A stretch of 64,000 bases of DNA, from positions 14,034,101-14,098,100 of the forward strand of contig NC_092677.1 in assembly GCF_964355755.1 (NCBI RefSeq). The letters are read 5' to 3'. The DNA is from Antedon mediterranea. Lineage: Eukaryota > Animalia > Echinodermata. The stretch's first letter is position 1; every line of letters starts with the position of its first letter. The notes under the pieces are model-generated. The model did not search any database and was not told where the DNA came from. It worked only from the letters and a program-made list of their open reading frames with translations. Position numbers and translations under genes: made by a program. This document shows, piece after piece, positions 13,664 to 29,448 of the stretch.

Positions 13664-16600
13664 CAGCTCTAAGCATTACAAGCTATTATTTTTGGTCATT
13701 AAGATCAAACTGATTTGCCGTAAAGTATTTGAAATTTGCATGTGGACATGGATATTTGATTGTATGTATGCAGGATGAATGATTCCGCACAAAAGGTTCG
13801 AAATTTAACAAATATAATTTACATACTGCACTGTATCAAAACAGTTACATACTGTGATAGTATCCTCCGTAAAAATACCTTCCACAAATTCTAATATCAG
13901 TTTTACTGAAAATATTTTAGCTTCATATCAAAATAGTCCATCAATTAGACTACAAAGCAACACAAGTTATAAAGATTGTAACTAAAGATTGTTTGAAATT
14001 TGATGAAAAAAAAAGGCAAAGCAATATGTAGGATGGTATGGTATGGTATGGTATGGTAATGTATTACATGATCTGTTATCAATTTCAGATATCTAGACAC
14101 TTATATTTAATGACAAATTTGTGTTTGTTCAACAATATATATCTATTAACTTGATAGTACACCTACGCAGATATTCAATAAAATGCAAAGACATGTAGTC
14201 TCTTCTTTAATGACATTATCTATCAGGCCTATATTTTAATGAGTGAATATAACTTTATCACCTCCATTTTTACATTTCAGAAAGATTGTATCTGCAGGCC
14301 TACACAGTAAAACTTGCGACAACCCCTATGGGACAAAGTGTCCCTTAATAGGGTTCTAATGCTTGCAGTAAACATCATACAAAATTTAATATTCATATCT
14401 CAAATATTTCTAAAAAGCATTGTCTTTTATTATGCATTTGATATCCCTTGAAAATAATACATTCTGAATTGGTTATCTTTCAAAATTAAAGAGCATTTAC
14501 GGAGCCATTGAAAATACCATGGAAACAAACATGGAGCATTAAACACACATAAATGTCACATGACATGTCTGAGCTATTCTGGTTTGCATCTCATTAACTA
14601 CTACAACCCACAATTATTATATACTGTACTGTAATCACTGATTACTTTCTAGTGAATAATTTATATATAATAAAAAGTGAGTCACCTATGATAGTTGTTT
14701 TAAATTGGTAGGCAAAATGAACTGTCAGACACAGCTTTGACAAATAATATCAGTAACACTCTGATAATGACATCAATAAATCATGCAATTTTATTCAATT
14801 TATTGAAGAAAATGTGAAAACCACTGTTTAATCCAATCAGATCTGATCAGATATTGAATTGTGTATCTCTGTAGTACAGTACATTGGTTCAAAGAACTGA
14901 ATATTATTAGGAAATTGCAATTCTATAGAATATTTGTATTAGCCTTGTGCATGGATGGAGACAATAAAGTAAGATCTTTTGAAAGACAGTGTTAATCTCT
15001 CTAAGGAATTCCACACTTCTATGAGATACACAAGTTTTTAATTATGAATTTTATTAAAAAAAATAGAGGTAGAAAAATTGGAAGCCTCTATGGTATGGTT
15101 TTACTGTGTGTGCTTCACAGTATCCAATCATATACAGGAAACATGTTTTATTGATTGATCAAGACCGTTTGCAATGCTGTACAGTATACTATGTACAAGT
15201 AAGCATTATTAAGTATAGTTTAACCTAGGTACCAACATAAATATTTATTCGAAATACAGTACACAGTATAAACATGTGACATACACGCAATATGCTGGTT
15301 AAACAAGTTGTATTTCATTTAATAGCAGGCATGTGATTATTACAAATTTACTTGTTTGTTTATTTTTTTAATAAACAATAGAAATTCATGATAGAATTTT
15401 AGAAGTTCCATATCTGAAAATATTAAAGTTAAACAGATTGTGTAGAGTGTACTGAGTTATGTTTGTTTTGTTGTTGATTTATCATCTTTTTTTTTTTGGT
15501 TAAAAAAAATTGTGAACACAATATTCTGTTTTTAAAAAAGGTACCAGCCTGTGATGTTTCATGGACCAGGTATGGACTGACTCTCCTTTATATGTAGGCT
15601 GAATTGTTCCAAAATATGTGTTTACTGTCAGTACTTAGTTTTCCATTGTATAGTTGTTAATGTGTATACTAAGAATAGATGTGTTCAGTATTAGGAAAAA
15701 AAATCGTATACCCAGAATAGCAATTTTATAACATCAATTTACAGTAATAATCATTCCAAATACTGTAATACTTGGCAATATTTAATCATATTAAGCACAG
15801 ATTTCATAGATAAAGATGTGTACAAAATCATAAATAAACAATATTTATGTCTCACAGGACAATTTTGTATATACACAAACATGACATTATATACACTATG
15901 ATTAATTAATTTTACAATATTAAATTGAAAAATACAAATACCTATTAATGTGATGTATCTCACAAATTATTTAAATATAAATTGTTGTACAAACCTGTCA
16001 TGAAATATACGTCTCACAAGATCTTTCATAAATACTTTGCATTCTAGGTCGTAATCATCCAATTCGTCGTCACTGCTTGCCTCCGTTGTGTACTCTGTCG
16101 TTTCTCCTCCTGTCGTGTCCTCGCTCATCCGTCCCTGTGTTGCATCATCTGCTATATTTTCCATTGTTTCCGCTGAATTTTCGGTATTCAACTCAATTAT
16201 GCCATTTATTGGTTTGGAGTTCAGTTTTTCTTTTTCTTCAATATGTACTATAATTTTCTCAATCTCATCCGGTTTCATAGTCGTAGATTGTTCGTTAATT
16301 TCGTTGGCATTTGTAGTCTTGCTATCGTTACTTTTCACATTAATTGAATTTGAATTCGCATCACAGATATTATGAAGGTCTTTGCTAGTTTTTCCTTTAG
16401 TGATATTGCTAAGCAATGAAGTAACTGATTCAAAATGACCTCTCAGTGCAGCCACGCTAACACCAGATGTCATATTATCTACGTCCGATGACGGTTCCGA
16501 GTCGGTGTCCTCACACGAGCTTGTCCCATTAGTTGCACTTGATTCCGAAGTACTTGTCAGCTTACGAATAACACCATTGATGTATCCTTCCTTTTGGGTT

Positions 16601-16716
16601 GATTCACCGTGGTCAAGTGAACTTGTTGAAGTACCAGCAGATGTGTATTCATCATTATCAATATGCGAGTTGTCGGAGCCTCTCCTTACTATTGGGTCAT
16701 GCATGGATGACATCAT
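1849..16716 (-). CDS. KIAA0513: KIAA0513-like protein, 5' part (continues beyond window start). Coding exons 16716-15995, 13070-13022, 12549-12431, 2580-2504, 1918-1849
   Basis: GT-AG exons join in phase: ...[121 protein letters not shown]. This matches recalled KIAA0513 motifs (GRxWF, FAVxLFEC, DDFxPAKxLMxMCFT, YLYTHL) after a Ser/Thr/acidic N-terminus. Confidence 0.85.
3289..3469 (+). repeat. 5' LTR
   Basis: cgccagtttggc...accaagttggcg, identical to 8792-8972; contains AATAAA near 3380. Confidence 0.95.
3470..3486 (+). promoter_or_regulatory. Primer-binding site, probably tRNA-Leu
   Basis: TGGTGGCAGCG directly after the LTR is complementary to the CGCUGCCA-CCA 3' end of eukaryotic tRNA-Leu(AAG/UAG). 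Confidence 0.75.
3713..8619 (+). CDS. Gag-Pol polyprotein (Gag zinc knuckle, aspartic protease, RT, RNase H, integrase); likely start ATG 3713 is out of frame with the long ORF
   Basis: Motifs in the 1641-aa frame: CPFCx8Hx4C; IDSGA; [17 protein letters not shown] and LADD; TDG, E-ALS and TDSKP; H..H..CHHC followed by ADV, RTDP and PIAE. Confidence 0.9.
8760..8786 (+). promoter_or_regulatory. Polypurine tract
   Basis: gagaaaaggaaaaaaaaaaaaaaagg lies just upstream of the 3' LTR. Confidence 0.8.
8792..8972 (+). repeat. 3' LTR
   Basis: Identical to 3289-3469. Confidence 0.95.
9535..10184. mobile_element. PIF/Harbinger-type MITE (650 bp)
   Basis: TIRs gaccccatttacacttacg / cgtaagtgtaaatggggtc, TAA on both sides (9532-9534, 10185-10187), GC-rich subterminal ggccggcc repeats. 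Confidence 0.85.
10840..11125. repeat. Diverged two-copy tandem duplication (about 140 bp)
   Basis: aatttggtaaag...gcctta...tactgta...gaattgggatactggtc occurs twice. Confidence 0.6.
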
Positions 16717-19013
16717 TACTTATATAGTAGCATCAGGGATTTCCAAAGTCTCTATGGATAAAAATAGGGACATTGTTACTAGGGATCACAAGCTATCAAC
16801 GTTAACAATTCTTTTATCAAGCATGAGTACACTACACTCAATTATATTTAGTAGTTTTCCTTTTTAACTTTGTATTATATAGCTAATCCTATCCAGTTAC
16901 GTCCTGATTTAAAACCCAGTTTCAGCTGGTTTCGGTTTATCATTTAAACAAGAATAGATTTATAAAGTCCTTTCCAGATTTCAGATCTTGGACCTCAAAA
17001 GGAATCTAGTTTTAGGAGAGTTTCCATGAGTCCAGTAGGAGATTACACTGTATAGTACTGATACTAATTATGGGACATACACACTCATTAGATTGTTTAC
17101 ATTTATTATGACTGCCATCTGAATAAAATAAAGTTGATTGTAGTTTACATAATAACTCATTGAAATGCTTGAAGCTAATTTAATAGCTTGATTAAAGGAA
17201 AAGTATTATTGCATTATGTTTTGTCAATCATTATCAAATGAACATCACACTACTGTAGACAAAATCCAGGGATATTTAATAATAAAAGCCTTGATATCAT
17301 ATTGAAAATTCCAATATTTAAAGAAGATCCCTTCTATGGCATGATTCCAAGAAATAATAACCAATACTAATATTACAGTGAGGCACCAGATTCCATATGG
17401 AGGAAAAGTATATAATAATTTTGGCAATCAAAATAATATTATACATTAAAAACCGCATTCTGTACAATATCCAACCTTTAAATTGGACGAATCAAATAAT
17501 TTTTTTATCATATTTAATAAGTAAGTTAATATAATTTTTATCTTGGCAAATAACAAAATAATGATAGGCAATATAATGTATTTAAAATATTTATTATTAA
17601 GTCAGGTCTATTGGTAGCCCTTTCACCAGAACCATCTCATCCAATGGTGTATTGATTTATTTTTTAAAAGTGGGTTGGATGCAAGAAAGCGTGATGTTAT
17701 GAAAAAGATAACACCTTTAGGTGGTTTGCAATTAATTTTTGTTTTTTCTTAAAATTCTTTTATTATTTAAAAAAATAGAGGAAAAAGGAGATAGGAGAGG
17801 GGGTGGGGGGATGAGGGAAAGAGAGAGAAAAAGTTACTACACCCTCAGTTCGTTTCATCCAGCAACAGGCGCGTTAAAATATACTCCCGAATATATTTCT
17901 GGTGATTTATACTCTCATGTAGCAACCGCCAGAGAAGATAGTGAAACAAAATATTTCAAAGAAGCCAGCTTATCATGTTAATTTGCATTTTGATAAAGGA
18001 GATACCAAGAAAAAAATATTATAACCGACTTCCGTAAAATGTATATAACAAATTGACGCAGTTTGTGTGTTTGTAAACAGATTAAAATGACCTGAAATGC
18101 TCTAAAAACTATACTGTAATATAAAGAGGTTTTTTTTATGTTTACTACTGTGGATATTATTTGCCGACGACTTTTGGCTACCTTTTAGGTTTGGTTTTTG
18201 GTCATTTATCCGTGTGTGTTTGATGATCTTGACCGGTTAATTGCTTAGATTTTAATTTCTTAATCTATTCTACTATTATAAAAACAAACAATCCATAGTA
18301 TTTGATGACCTAGACATGGGATTTAGAATTAGGTCCTGGTCTCCAATATTCATTGAACTATAAAACAGTGAATGTAGGCCTACTAAAGTACCAGTTTTCA
18401 ATGTCAAAGAATTATTTTATATGATACAAAAATATAGGTCAATAGAAAACACTGAATCAGTCAAATTTGGATAAATAGATCAAGGTTAATGAGAAACTTA
18501 TAACCATACAGTAGGGATGGGATGTGTTGTCAATCAAAATAACCTTTATTTGCGTTTTCAGCTAAAAAATGAACACCAATAATAAGTTAAATGGCGCTGT
18601 AACATGCTATCCATTGGGTGATTTTAACCATTCTTTCTTCTTTTGACAAGAAATTAGGGTTAATTTAATCACACAGTTATAAATCAGTTACCAATCAATC
18701 TTATCAAATTTAAAGTTACTAATATTTTTTTGGTCCGGTTTTTGAAGTTTTCTTCTCTTGACCTACCAGTTTCTCCACCCTAGATATTTGCTTCACACAG
18801 TGGCAGACGTAGGATTTTAAAATAGGGAGCCTCCTCAATACCTAAAATTATTGAAATGATGTGATGCGTTCAAAGTGGATATTCATCCTGTACTGTACCA
18901 AATCCCATGTTCTTACAGTAAAACTGTATTGTGTATGCGTATAATTATCTGTAAAGTTAAAATCTTATTTCCATTGGCTTGCATGACCAATTTTTTTCTA
19001 TTCATTCATCACT

Positions 19014-21050
19014 GATTTTTCAAAATCGGATATTCAGAGTTAGGTTTCATGTTCGAAAACACAAATTGGTGCATAGATTTCCGTTGTTGGTTGCCGATAC
19101 CGGATGAATACCCGCATGCAAAATTCAGGACCCTTGTCATTTATACTTATTATAGAGATATTATGTAAATTTAACACTTGTCACTCTTCCACCATTATAA
19201 CATTCTAATTATTTGATTGTGAATGAAGTAAAACATTATCAGTTTTAGAAAATACTATTAAATTGTGAATGATAACAATTTATAATCATTTGATCTAGTA
19301 GAACAATATCAGTGGATTTGTCAAAATCAGTCAACCGTAACATCACAATCAATAGCCTACAGCAGGGCACATCGATCAAACTACTGATCACATTAAAATA
19401 AGGTTATAGCCTATAGGCCAAATCAGTACAACTTTTAATATTAAATGCTAAATAATGAATTTACAAACCTTTTTGGAATCACCAACTAAATCCACCCTCA
19501 ACCAGTGGTAAAATGGAAAGAAATTACCCGTTATCCTCCCGTGTCGTGCTTAGCAATAACATCGACTCTTAAGTCTCAACTCAACCTCTTGATCACAATT
19601 TGGGAATTTATATAGATGGCGCTCTGTACAATAAATGAAAATTCAAATACTTTATTTTTTTCAATATATCCTTCCAACTTTTCGTACTGTCCCGACATAA
19701 TCAGCATCAAATAATTCAAGATTACAAATTTGCAAGCTTGTAAAATAGCATAATAATTATTAATTTGTGTTATTTTAATTTAAAAAATTATTTATTGTTG
19801 TGTAGAATATCAAGAGGCGCACATGATTACTTTTAATCTCAGTCTACATTAAAGAGTTTTTGTTTGTTTGGCGAATTCAACCAAAATTCCCAAATCAATT
19901 ATGTATTATAAGAAATCTTATTTTTTACTAGTTCAATGTAAAGACCTGTGCAATATTTTTTAGACAAATGCAAACACTTTTGGCTGGCAAATTTGATAGG
20001 CCTACGGTAACTAGTCCTAGGCATACACCATCTATTAGATACACTATCATTATTATCACGCATAACGTAAAAGCAAAAACGACTCGTTTTGTGTTGATTT
20101 CCTTTTATTTCAATAAACAATGGCCTCCGGCCCATTTCACATATATAAATAAAATATATATTATTTTCGGACATACAGGTTCTTCATTTTTCATAAGCTT
20201 CATATAAGTAGGCCTAAGTCGCAACATTTTTTCCTAATGTTTTTATAAAATGGAAAGTAAAAAATAAAAGTGTATTCACCTTCTAAACTTAATTGATCAC
20301 AAAACATACATATTTTAGACTCACCGTTAATTTTTAAATGTCGCCTCTTTTCAATCAACAGATTAAGATAATCTAAAGTATAATAAATGTCCTATACTTA
20401 AATCATAAACATAAGATTCGTAAAAACTGTCAAATTTAATAATTTTGTAAAAATCGAGACCTACATTATTACTATTTTTTTTCATTTGATTTCTGCAATG
20501 CAACATTCCTAATTCTAATGCGAAAATAGTACAGTATTCGTGTTATTAAAGCAATCCTAACAACAGGATTCTGAGCTGCGTTAGATCAAGGTTTTATCTG
20601 TGGTTGCGAAACGATCAGTTGCACGCCCCCTAAGAATAATACGTAGGCCTACTTGATACTGTAACCGCAACTAGTATGAATTTGTAGCAGCCAATCATAA
20701 GATCAAAGCATCATATTGTTAGACTGCCTTAGTTTTATCTCCAAACCTAAGCACAACAAGTAAAAAACAATAAATAGTGTATTCATACTTTAATAACAAC
20801 TGCAACCTGTTAACAAACCATCAAACACCGGCTCTCGGCTTATTCTACGGAAAATGTATTATACATGACGCTCAAAGCGCTTCGATATTATGTATATACT
20901 TTAAATATTTAGAAATCAATCACGCATAACTACTAATTACAACATCTCGTATCTAATATAAATTTTAGAAGAAAGTAATAGCAACTTTATTTCGAAGCGG
21001 ATACAACACAGATTGGTGTTTCTCACAAGGCCAATTTAGCTTACTTGAAC
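19014..21050. repeat. Segmental duplication, copy 1 (19014-19125 plus 20485-21050 matches 27913-28500)
   Basis: Shared blocks include aaatcggatattcagagttaggtttcatgttcg, tgatttctgcaatgcaacat and gaatttgtagcagccaatcataag. Confidence 0.8.
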
Positions 21051-21289
21051 TTGTTTACAAATGTTATCATTTACTATGATTCAAAACTATTTACAAAAAA
21101 GGCACATAACTGACACAATTTCAAAATATGAAAAAACAGAAATTCAAAGTATACAGTATCGTATCTCATTTGGTTATATGTACCATGTCCCACATAACTG
21201 GCTTAGCCTATATATTTTGCCAGTTCTGCGGTACATTTCATTTTGAAACCTAAGCTGCAATGACGAGATCTAATAAGATCGAAACAGTA

Positions 21290-21539
21290 CTGTCTGCAGA
21301 TCGGATATTACGCTCCTCCTCTTGTTCATGCATACCTTACATGAGTCCATTGACAATACCCAATAGTTCTTCTAATGATGTGTGTTTCTGCCTTCTTTTT
21401 AAAGTTGTAAGTAATATTGGATCAGTAAACAGTTGTGAAATATCGTAGTTTAAATGTTGTTGCAATGTTGGCGGTCTTTTGTTTGGGTCTCTAAATTAAA
21501 ATTTCTGCTCTGCTATCAGAAAGTTTCTGATAATTTCAT
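21290..21539 (-). pseudogene. Truncated NACHT-exon remnant of the duplicated NLR
   Basis: DEIIRNFLIAEQK...RPPTLQQHLNYDISQLFTDP...HTSLEELLGIV..MDSCKVCM parallels the exon starting at 31688; it is frameshifted and decays at the P-loop. Confidence 0.8.
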
Positions 21540-22127
21540 CTGAAAATAATTGGCAAACAACCCCACAATTTTGAAAAGTTGCAAAAATACGTTTTATAAT
21601 TTATCATTGATTCTGTTTTGAATTCATAACATCTTGATTGCTGTAGAAGACTGGCCAAATCTTTCAAATAAAACAAATTGAAGAATAAAATTAATTAATA
21701 TATAACTATTTTCCTTTATTAAAAAAAACACCCACAGGATCCTGTAAGTTCTATTGGAAACAGAGTTAGTTAATCCTATAGTATTATTGCTGAGCAGTTC
21801 ATATCTAATTTAATTACTGTACAACCAAAAGAATGTTCGTAAGTATCTTACCCTCTGTAATTAATTCATGGTGTGAAAATTTAATGGCAAACCCGTAGTA
21901 TGTTTCTGAGAGTAAGAAAACAATAACGAAAACAACAACCAGTAGTAAATCTACAAAGAAATAAAAGTAGATTCAAGATTCAAGATTCAAGATTCAAGAA
22001 ATTTTATTTGTCCATAAAAATGGAAATTCACTTTGCTTGGTAGATTAAAACAACAATATTGCAACAATTTAAAAACGTGCAGTATTATAACAGATTAAAA
22101 ATACAAGATAAAAAGTTAAAAATACTG

Positions 22128-23168
<1,041 letters not shown>

Positions 23169-25237
23169 GTGAAACTATTAAAAATTGCATTAACTTCTTA
23201 CATTAGAATTAAAAATATGAATGCTATTTACAACGAAGGATTTTCTAGTTCTACAAAGATTTGCTTTTGGAGGTCGTAGCCTAATGCCTGATCTATTTAA
23301 GTTATAACAGTAATGTAACGGATGAGTGGGGTCTTTCATAATATTGTTTACTTTTTTTTAAATACTCTTTCATAGATAAATGAACAAGGCGTTAGATCAG
23401 CTTTAATAATACGTTGTGCAATTTTACGTGGTCTCTCAATATTTTTCTTATCATTTTCAGTAAAGTTACCATAAAAACATCCAATGCTAAAAGATAAAAT
23501 ACTTTGAATAATACTTTGATAAAATAGAATTAAAATAGTGTTATCAACTCTAATTTGCTTGAGTTTTCTGAGAAAGTAGAGCCTTTGAGATGCCTTCTTG
23601 GAAATCATGAGAGAGTTTGACTCCCATTTTAATTTGTTGTCAATTATAGTACCTAAGTATTTGTATTGGGTTACTCTTTCAACCTCGGTTTCTTTAATAG
23701 TTATTACATTATGTTCAACTGCGGTTTTACGAAACTCAATTATCATCTCTTTGGTTTTAGTAATATTAAGTATTAAGTTCATATCCTCACACCAATTAAC
23801 AAATCTTCCAACTTCATTAGCAAATTCATTTACATTATGCTTACTATCGCAAAGAAAACCACTAATTACAGTATCGTCAGCGTATTTTACAATATTGCAA
23901 TCTTTACTTAAAATATTAAAACTACTAGTAATTATGATGAGCAAGTTATATATTAATATTGAGCGATGTTAATACAATGCACTAACCATTCATACTTACT
24001 AGTTAGAATTGCTTTAGGTTTACATATACGATTTCTTCAATTTGAACTGGGGTTTCTAAAAAATAAATAATTTTCAAATACCAGTTGGGCCTCATGACAC
24101 TGCCACGTAATAATCACAATACTTCCATGATTAAAAAATACAGATTTATACCTGTATTTAATTAAGTCAACGATGGTATTTTTGTAAGAGGATCAAATGC
24201 AAAATGTTATTGATAATAAATCATATATTGTATGTGAAAAGAGAAGTATATTATTAGATAGATAAATATTCTACTGGTCTAAAATATTGATTAACCTACT
24301 TGTTGCTATATAATTGTTGTTGTTATTACCAATGGAATCGGACCTTTGTTGTTCCGCTACCTCAACAAAAGGCGTACATTTGTAAATAAACAAATAACAT
24401 ATTTTGTAAATACATTCACATTTCTGTTTTTTATGTATCATATGATGATACTATATTTTGGTTTTAAAAAACAAATATAAACTAATGGATGGAACACGGT
24501 AGTACGTAACTTAGCTTTATATTATCAAACAACTGTTGATGCATACTTTTATTTAGGATCAACTTTAACTTCTGATTGCTAATTAGCGAAAAGCTCGGAC
24601 GAGTTCGAATTTGAGGGGAAAAGGTCATAACTAACAAAAAACTATTTTACTGCCTAGTTTTTATCAGATTCTCACCAAACTTAGCTCATCATATAATTGT
24701 GGTTAAATTTTGAAGGTTAAGGGTCAAAGATCAAGGTCCACCCAAAAAAATAAATAAATAAAAAATAATATAAAAAAAAAACTTTAGCGGGACTTCAACC
24801 AGCGATCTCAACTGTAAGAGGCTGGATACGGTACATAACCATTCACCAAACTCTCATCCACAACTTTGTAGTGTGCAGTTAGCCTTTACACTTAGAACTA
24901 ATAAAAATATATATATATATATATATTTTCCGGGGAAATTTTATGTAGGGTAATTTTAATTTAAAGTAGGCGGAGGTTTGTCCTCTCGGTGTACCATCAA
25001 ATCTTATAATATTATATAAACAAATCTAATACAACTAACTTGGCAATACACTAGATGATTTGACTAGGTGATCAGCTTCTGGATCTGCAAAATAAAAAAC
25101 AAAACCCTTAAATATCGAACGTACAGTAGTATCTGTTTTCGTTCATTCTATGCAACATATGGAAAATGATGCAGTGTTAAATCACACTTCTTGAATGTTA
25201 TTAAATGGAAATATTATTATCATTGGTTTGAACGTAC

Positions 25238-25782
25238 CCATCAATATCCTTTTTGCACTTGCATTCAACTGAATGGCAAATGTTTCCAATTTCATCTGTG
25301 TGTTTAATTTAAGTTCTTTCTCCAGATAAAATACTAAATCCCATTTATTTTTAAATTCATGTGAAACCAATCCATTGAACGCAATCAAGTTGTGCAAGTC
25401 ACCCTTCGTGATTTCAAACATAGCTCATGATAAAGGTTTTTTACGATTTGAATTGAAGACAAGCTTGCCTCCTCACACGGACCGGTGTCGTCATATTGTT
25501 TACATACGGTACGTCTTGATATTTCTTTACACTGGTTATTGCTTTGGCATTTTCTGACACGCCTGCAATTTCTGACATTATTTCGACATCATTGTAAGCG
25601 ATTTTGCCTCGAACTTTAAGTTCATTAAATAAATTCATTCCTGTGTGGCGTTCATTTCACAATACACCAATCGGTAGGTGATCATGTAGAAGAAATCTCC
25701 TGTCGTTTAACCCCCTGGATAAGCGTTGCTGAATTCTTGACAAAAGTCTCTAAGTCTATCATCGGCATCAGCCGTTGTGTTA
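25238..25782 (-). pseudogene. Tandem-DED exon of the decayed NLR paralog
   Basis: DDRLRDFCQEFSNAYPGG*...RFLLHDHLPIGVL*...GMNLFNELKVRGKIAYNDV...FKNKWDLVFYLEKELKL parallels 35364-35895, with stops and frameshifts. Confidence 0.85.
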
Positions 25783-27912
25783 CTGTAAAAGAAAATAAAT
25801 AAATACTCTAAAATTGCGTTTTGCATATTAATCTTTCATGTAGGCCTAATAAGCAAGGTACTATATTTTACGATTATTATTTTATTGCAAACATAATGCA
25901 TCTTGTAATGCCGCAGGAATATGCATATTCTCTATTGAGCTGAGGTTATGTTGTCTCCGTAAAATAATAAATAAATAAACCGAGTCCTTAACATCCTTTA
26001 ACCTTTGACTCGAAAAATGAAAGTATTCTTTTTTAATACACAAAAAAAAAGAGAATACCGAAGAGAATGATTATAAAAAAAATGTTAATTTAATCTATAA
26101 AAATAGATGTGTTATAAAACAAAAAGTAAAATGTTTAATCGGAAAGAATAATTCCATTCGCTGCAAGCCTACAACTTGGCTTCTCTAGGTAAATTTTTTA
26201 AATTATAACAATAATCTCCCCCATTATTTATAGTTTTTGCGTGTGCAGTCGTTATCATACCATGAATTGGAGGAACTCCGACCCAGAGCAGAATTCATGG
26301 CAGTTGTAATAGTTAAATTAAATTTAAAAATTAAGTCAATGTAATTCTACAATCCAACCTGTGCTATAACGTTGGAGAAAATTGATACTTTTGGAGGCGC
26401 TCGCCTCGTCTGAAATTGTCAATTTTTACCACACACCCCAATTCCCCAGCACAGATCGTCATAATAATATTATTATTTATATTAATAATTATGCAGTATT
26501 TAAATAAAGCATCTTTGCTTCGGCTGTTTTTAACCTCTCGCTACGGCCTTGGGATATACTGTTCTTAAACAACAAATCATTTGTTGTTTGCATTAATATT
26601 ATGTTATTATTCCTACCTTTTATCTTTCATTTTGTTCTTGCCTCTTTCCGTCGTCCAAAATACTCACTGTTAGAAAAGATCATGTAGGTCTATCAGAGTC
26701 ACAATTCTGTAACAAATCAACTTAACTGCGATTTATAATAATGGAATAATGGGACCCTATAGTTGAAAGTATTTAATGCCTGTAGGCATAATCGTGTGCT
26801 ATAGGAAATCTAATGAAATAATATATTTCATTTGCTATGGTCTAAAAGTAGTTTGAATCCGTTTAAATCATAATCACATCACACTGAGAACCAATCGAGA
26901 TCAAAAGTATTTGTGTTATGCTCGATTTTAGAAGATAAAGTAAAAGATTAACAAATTATTAAAATTGAGCAAAGATTTCCTTGCACAATTTCAAATTACA
27001 CAATGTTGTGCAGATTCGCGCAACGGAAAAATTGTTGCGCTACGGTATTTCAAATCGCGCATAATATTTTACATTCGCTTAAAGATTATACCATACATAA
27101 ACAGCCTAACTTAAACTCAGTAAACAAGTTTAATAGTATCATACCAACTTCAATTAAATTCTTATTCAATTAAAAAATTGACATGTGCCTTGTATAAATT
27201 GGAAAATTTACCTGGTACCGTTTAGCCTAATCAAAATTCAGTTTGTTTCTTTACAGCAACACTCTAAGCAGAAATGTTGGTGTGTCCTACTATTTCTCAC
27301 AGTACACATACTGTAATATTTGTATATCATATCTAACAACGTCCTGATTTCGTATTACATACGTTATGCTCCAATGCAATTTAATAAAAAGATGTTTGGC
27401 AATAGGACCGTCTATTCATAATAGTACAAAGAGACTGTTAAATAACTCAAGTCAGCCATATTATATCCAAACCGTAAAAAGAGACATTGTAAAACCTAAC
27501 TTAGAGGCATGCTAGTGTAGCATTTTAAAAAATGGTGGCTTATAGAGATTCGTTTTTATCCGTTTCTCTGTTGAACACTATGTAGAAATAAATATCTTGG
27601 AAATGTATCCCATTTCTGAGATCACAGAGTTTTCCATATAGATCCATGAACTGTATAATTGAAACGATATGTGTAATAGAAAAAATTCGTATGATTAATG
27701 TGATGGAATACTTGACGGTTGTTAATATTACCTTACCAAATCCTTAGTGAATACAAATAATTACGGTTAGGCCTATGATGTTTTAAACTGGATTGTTGCG
27801 GTAATCCACATATTCAGTTCTCAAAGAGTTTCTCGACGTTTCGATCAATATATACTTTGATGGTCCTGAGGACCAATATGATATAGTGCACATTGTAAGG
27901 CTGTGGTTTAGT

Positions 27913-28500
27913 GATTTTTCGAAATCGGATATTCAGAGTTAGGTTTCATGTTCGGAAACACAAATTGGTGCATAGATTCCCGTTGTTGGTTGCCGGTACC
28001 GGATGAATACCCGCATGCAAAATTTTTTGATTTCTGCAATGCAACATCCCTATTTTTTGTGAGAAAATATTAAGTATGTTAGATTAAAATATTAATCTAA
28101 CAACAGAATGCTGAGCTCCGTTAGATCAAAGGTTGTATCTGTGGTTGCGACACGATCAGAGAATAATGTGTAACCGCAACTATAGTATGAATTTGTAGCA
28201 GCCAATCATAAGGACTGAGCATAATGTTGTTGGAAAGTCTTAGCTTTATTCCATCTCCTAATTTAAGCACAACAAGTAAAAAATAACGACAACTAGTTAA
28301 ACTTCATTCTTAGGCCTACTTTAATAAACAACAAACACCTGAACATACGCCGATCAGTCGGTCTTTTCTATGAAAATGTGCATAATTACTAACCTCAACA
28401 CGTACCGGTATCTAATATAAATTTTAGATGTGTAACTGTATTTCGAAGTCGATACAACACAAGATTGATGTTTTCACATGGCCGTTTTAGCTGACTTAAA
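27913..28500. repeat. Segmental duplication, copy 2
   Basis: See 19014-21050; in addition, 27330-27570 resembles 36890-37200. Confidence 0.8.
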
Positions 28501-29448
28501 GGTGGGCTCAGGAAATAAATAAATCTCTAATCTTTTACTTGTAATATTGTCTTATGAGATTGTAATTGGCAAAATGAATGTGAATGCCCAATGTAAGAAC
28601 AAGGCTGTCAAACTTTGCCCGGCTAGGTAATTAGTAAAGGATAGGCGATTGTGTGTGTGAACCATCTTCAGATGACTTGTATTAAATAACTATACAATAA
28701 AACATAGAAATGAATGCTATTTGACCAATATTTACATTAGTATAATAGCCTTTTTTCATGAAATTATCTCATTTTACAGGAAAATTGATTGTGGCCCAAT
28801 TTTCAAATAGCTTAAAATACATACACATTATACATTTTTTTACAATATATTTGCTACCCTACAACTTTATTTAAGACATAGTATGATAATGATACTATAT
28901 GTACTTACTGTACGTATTATATTGTTGTGACTAACGTGTACGTACTAGATAATAATTTGTATAGGCCTATTATTTGTATTGTGTTTTCTCTGAGGATTTG
29001 TACTTACTAGTAACAATGCATATTGTTTTTAATTCTAACAAATTTTAAAACTTTTTCTCAATAGATTAAGTTTAATTTATTTTCAGTATAAGTATAGGCC
29101 TATCTTTAATATGAACATACATGTCTAACACTAAGATATTAGATATTATTATAATTAAGCGATTAAGTTGATCTTACTTTTAGTTTATATATCAATTTAT
29201 CCATCCCATTTATCATATTATTTTTGTTATAAATTGCTATTTTAATTTAATATTTTCATTTCATTTCATAGTAACATTTATATACATAGTATTAACCTTA
29301 AATTTGGAAATAATTTATATTATAATAAAAATGTTAGTAGCTAGTAAATTAATTGATAGGTCTACTAAGCCTAGCACTATTCCATCTAGCAAATTTAAAA
29401 AGCTTTGTAGTGTTTGGCTGATATATCTAATCTAAACAAGAACAACAC

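Noticed and set aside
16088-16867. Plus-strand ORFs of 95 and 120 aa
   Set aside because: Antisense shadows of the first KIAA0513 coding exon.
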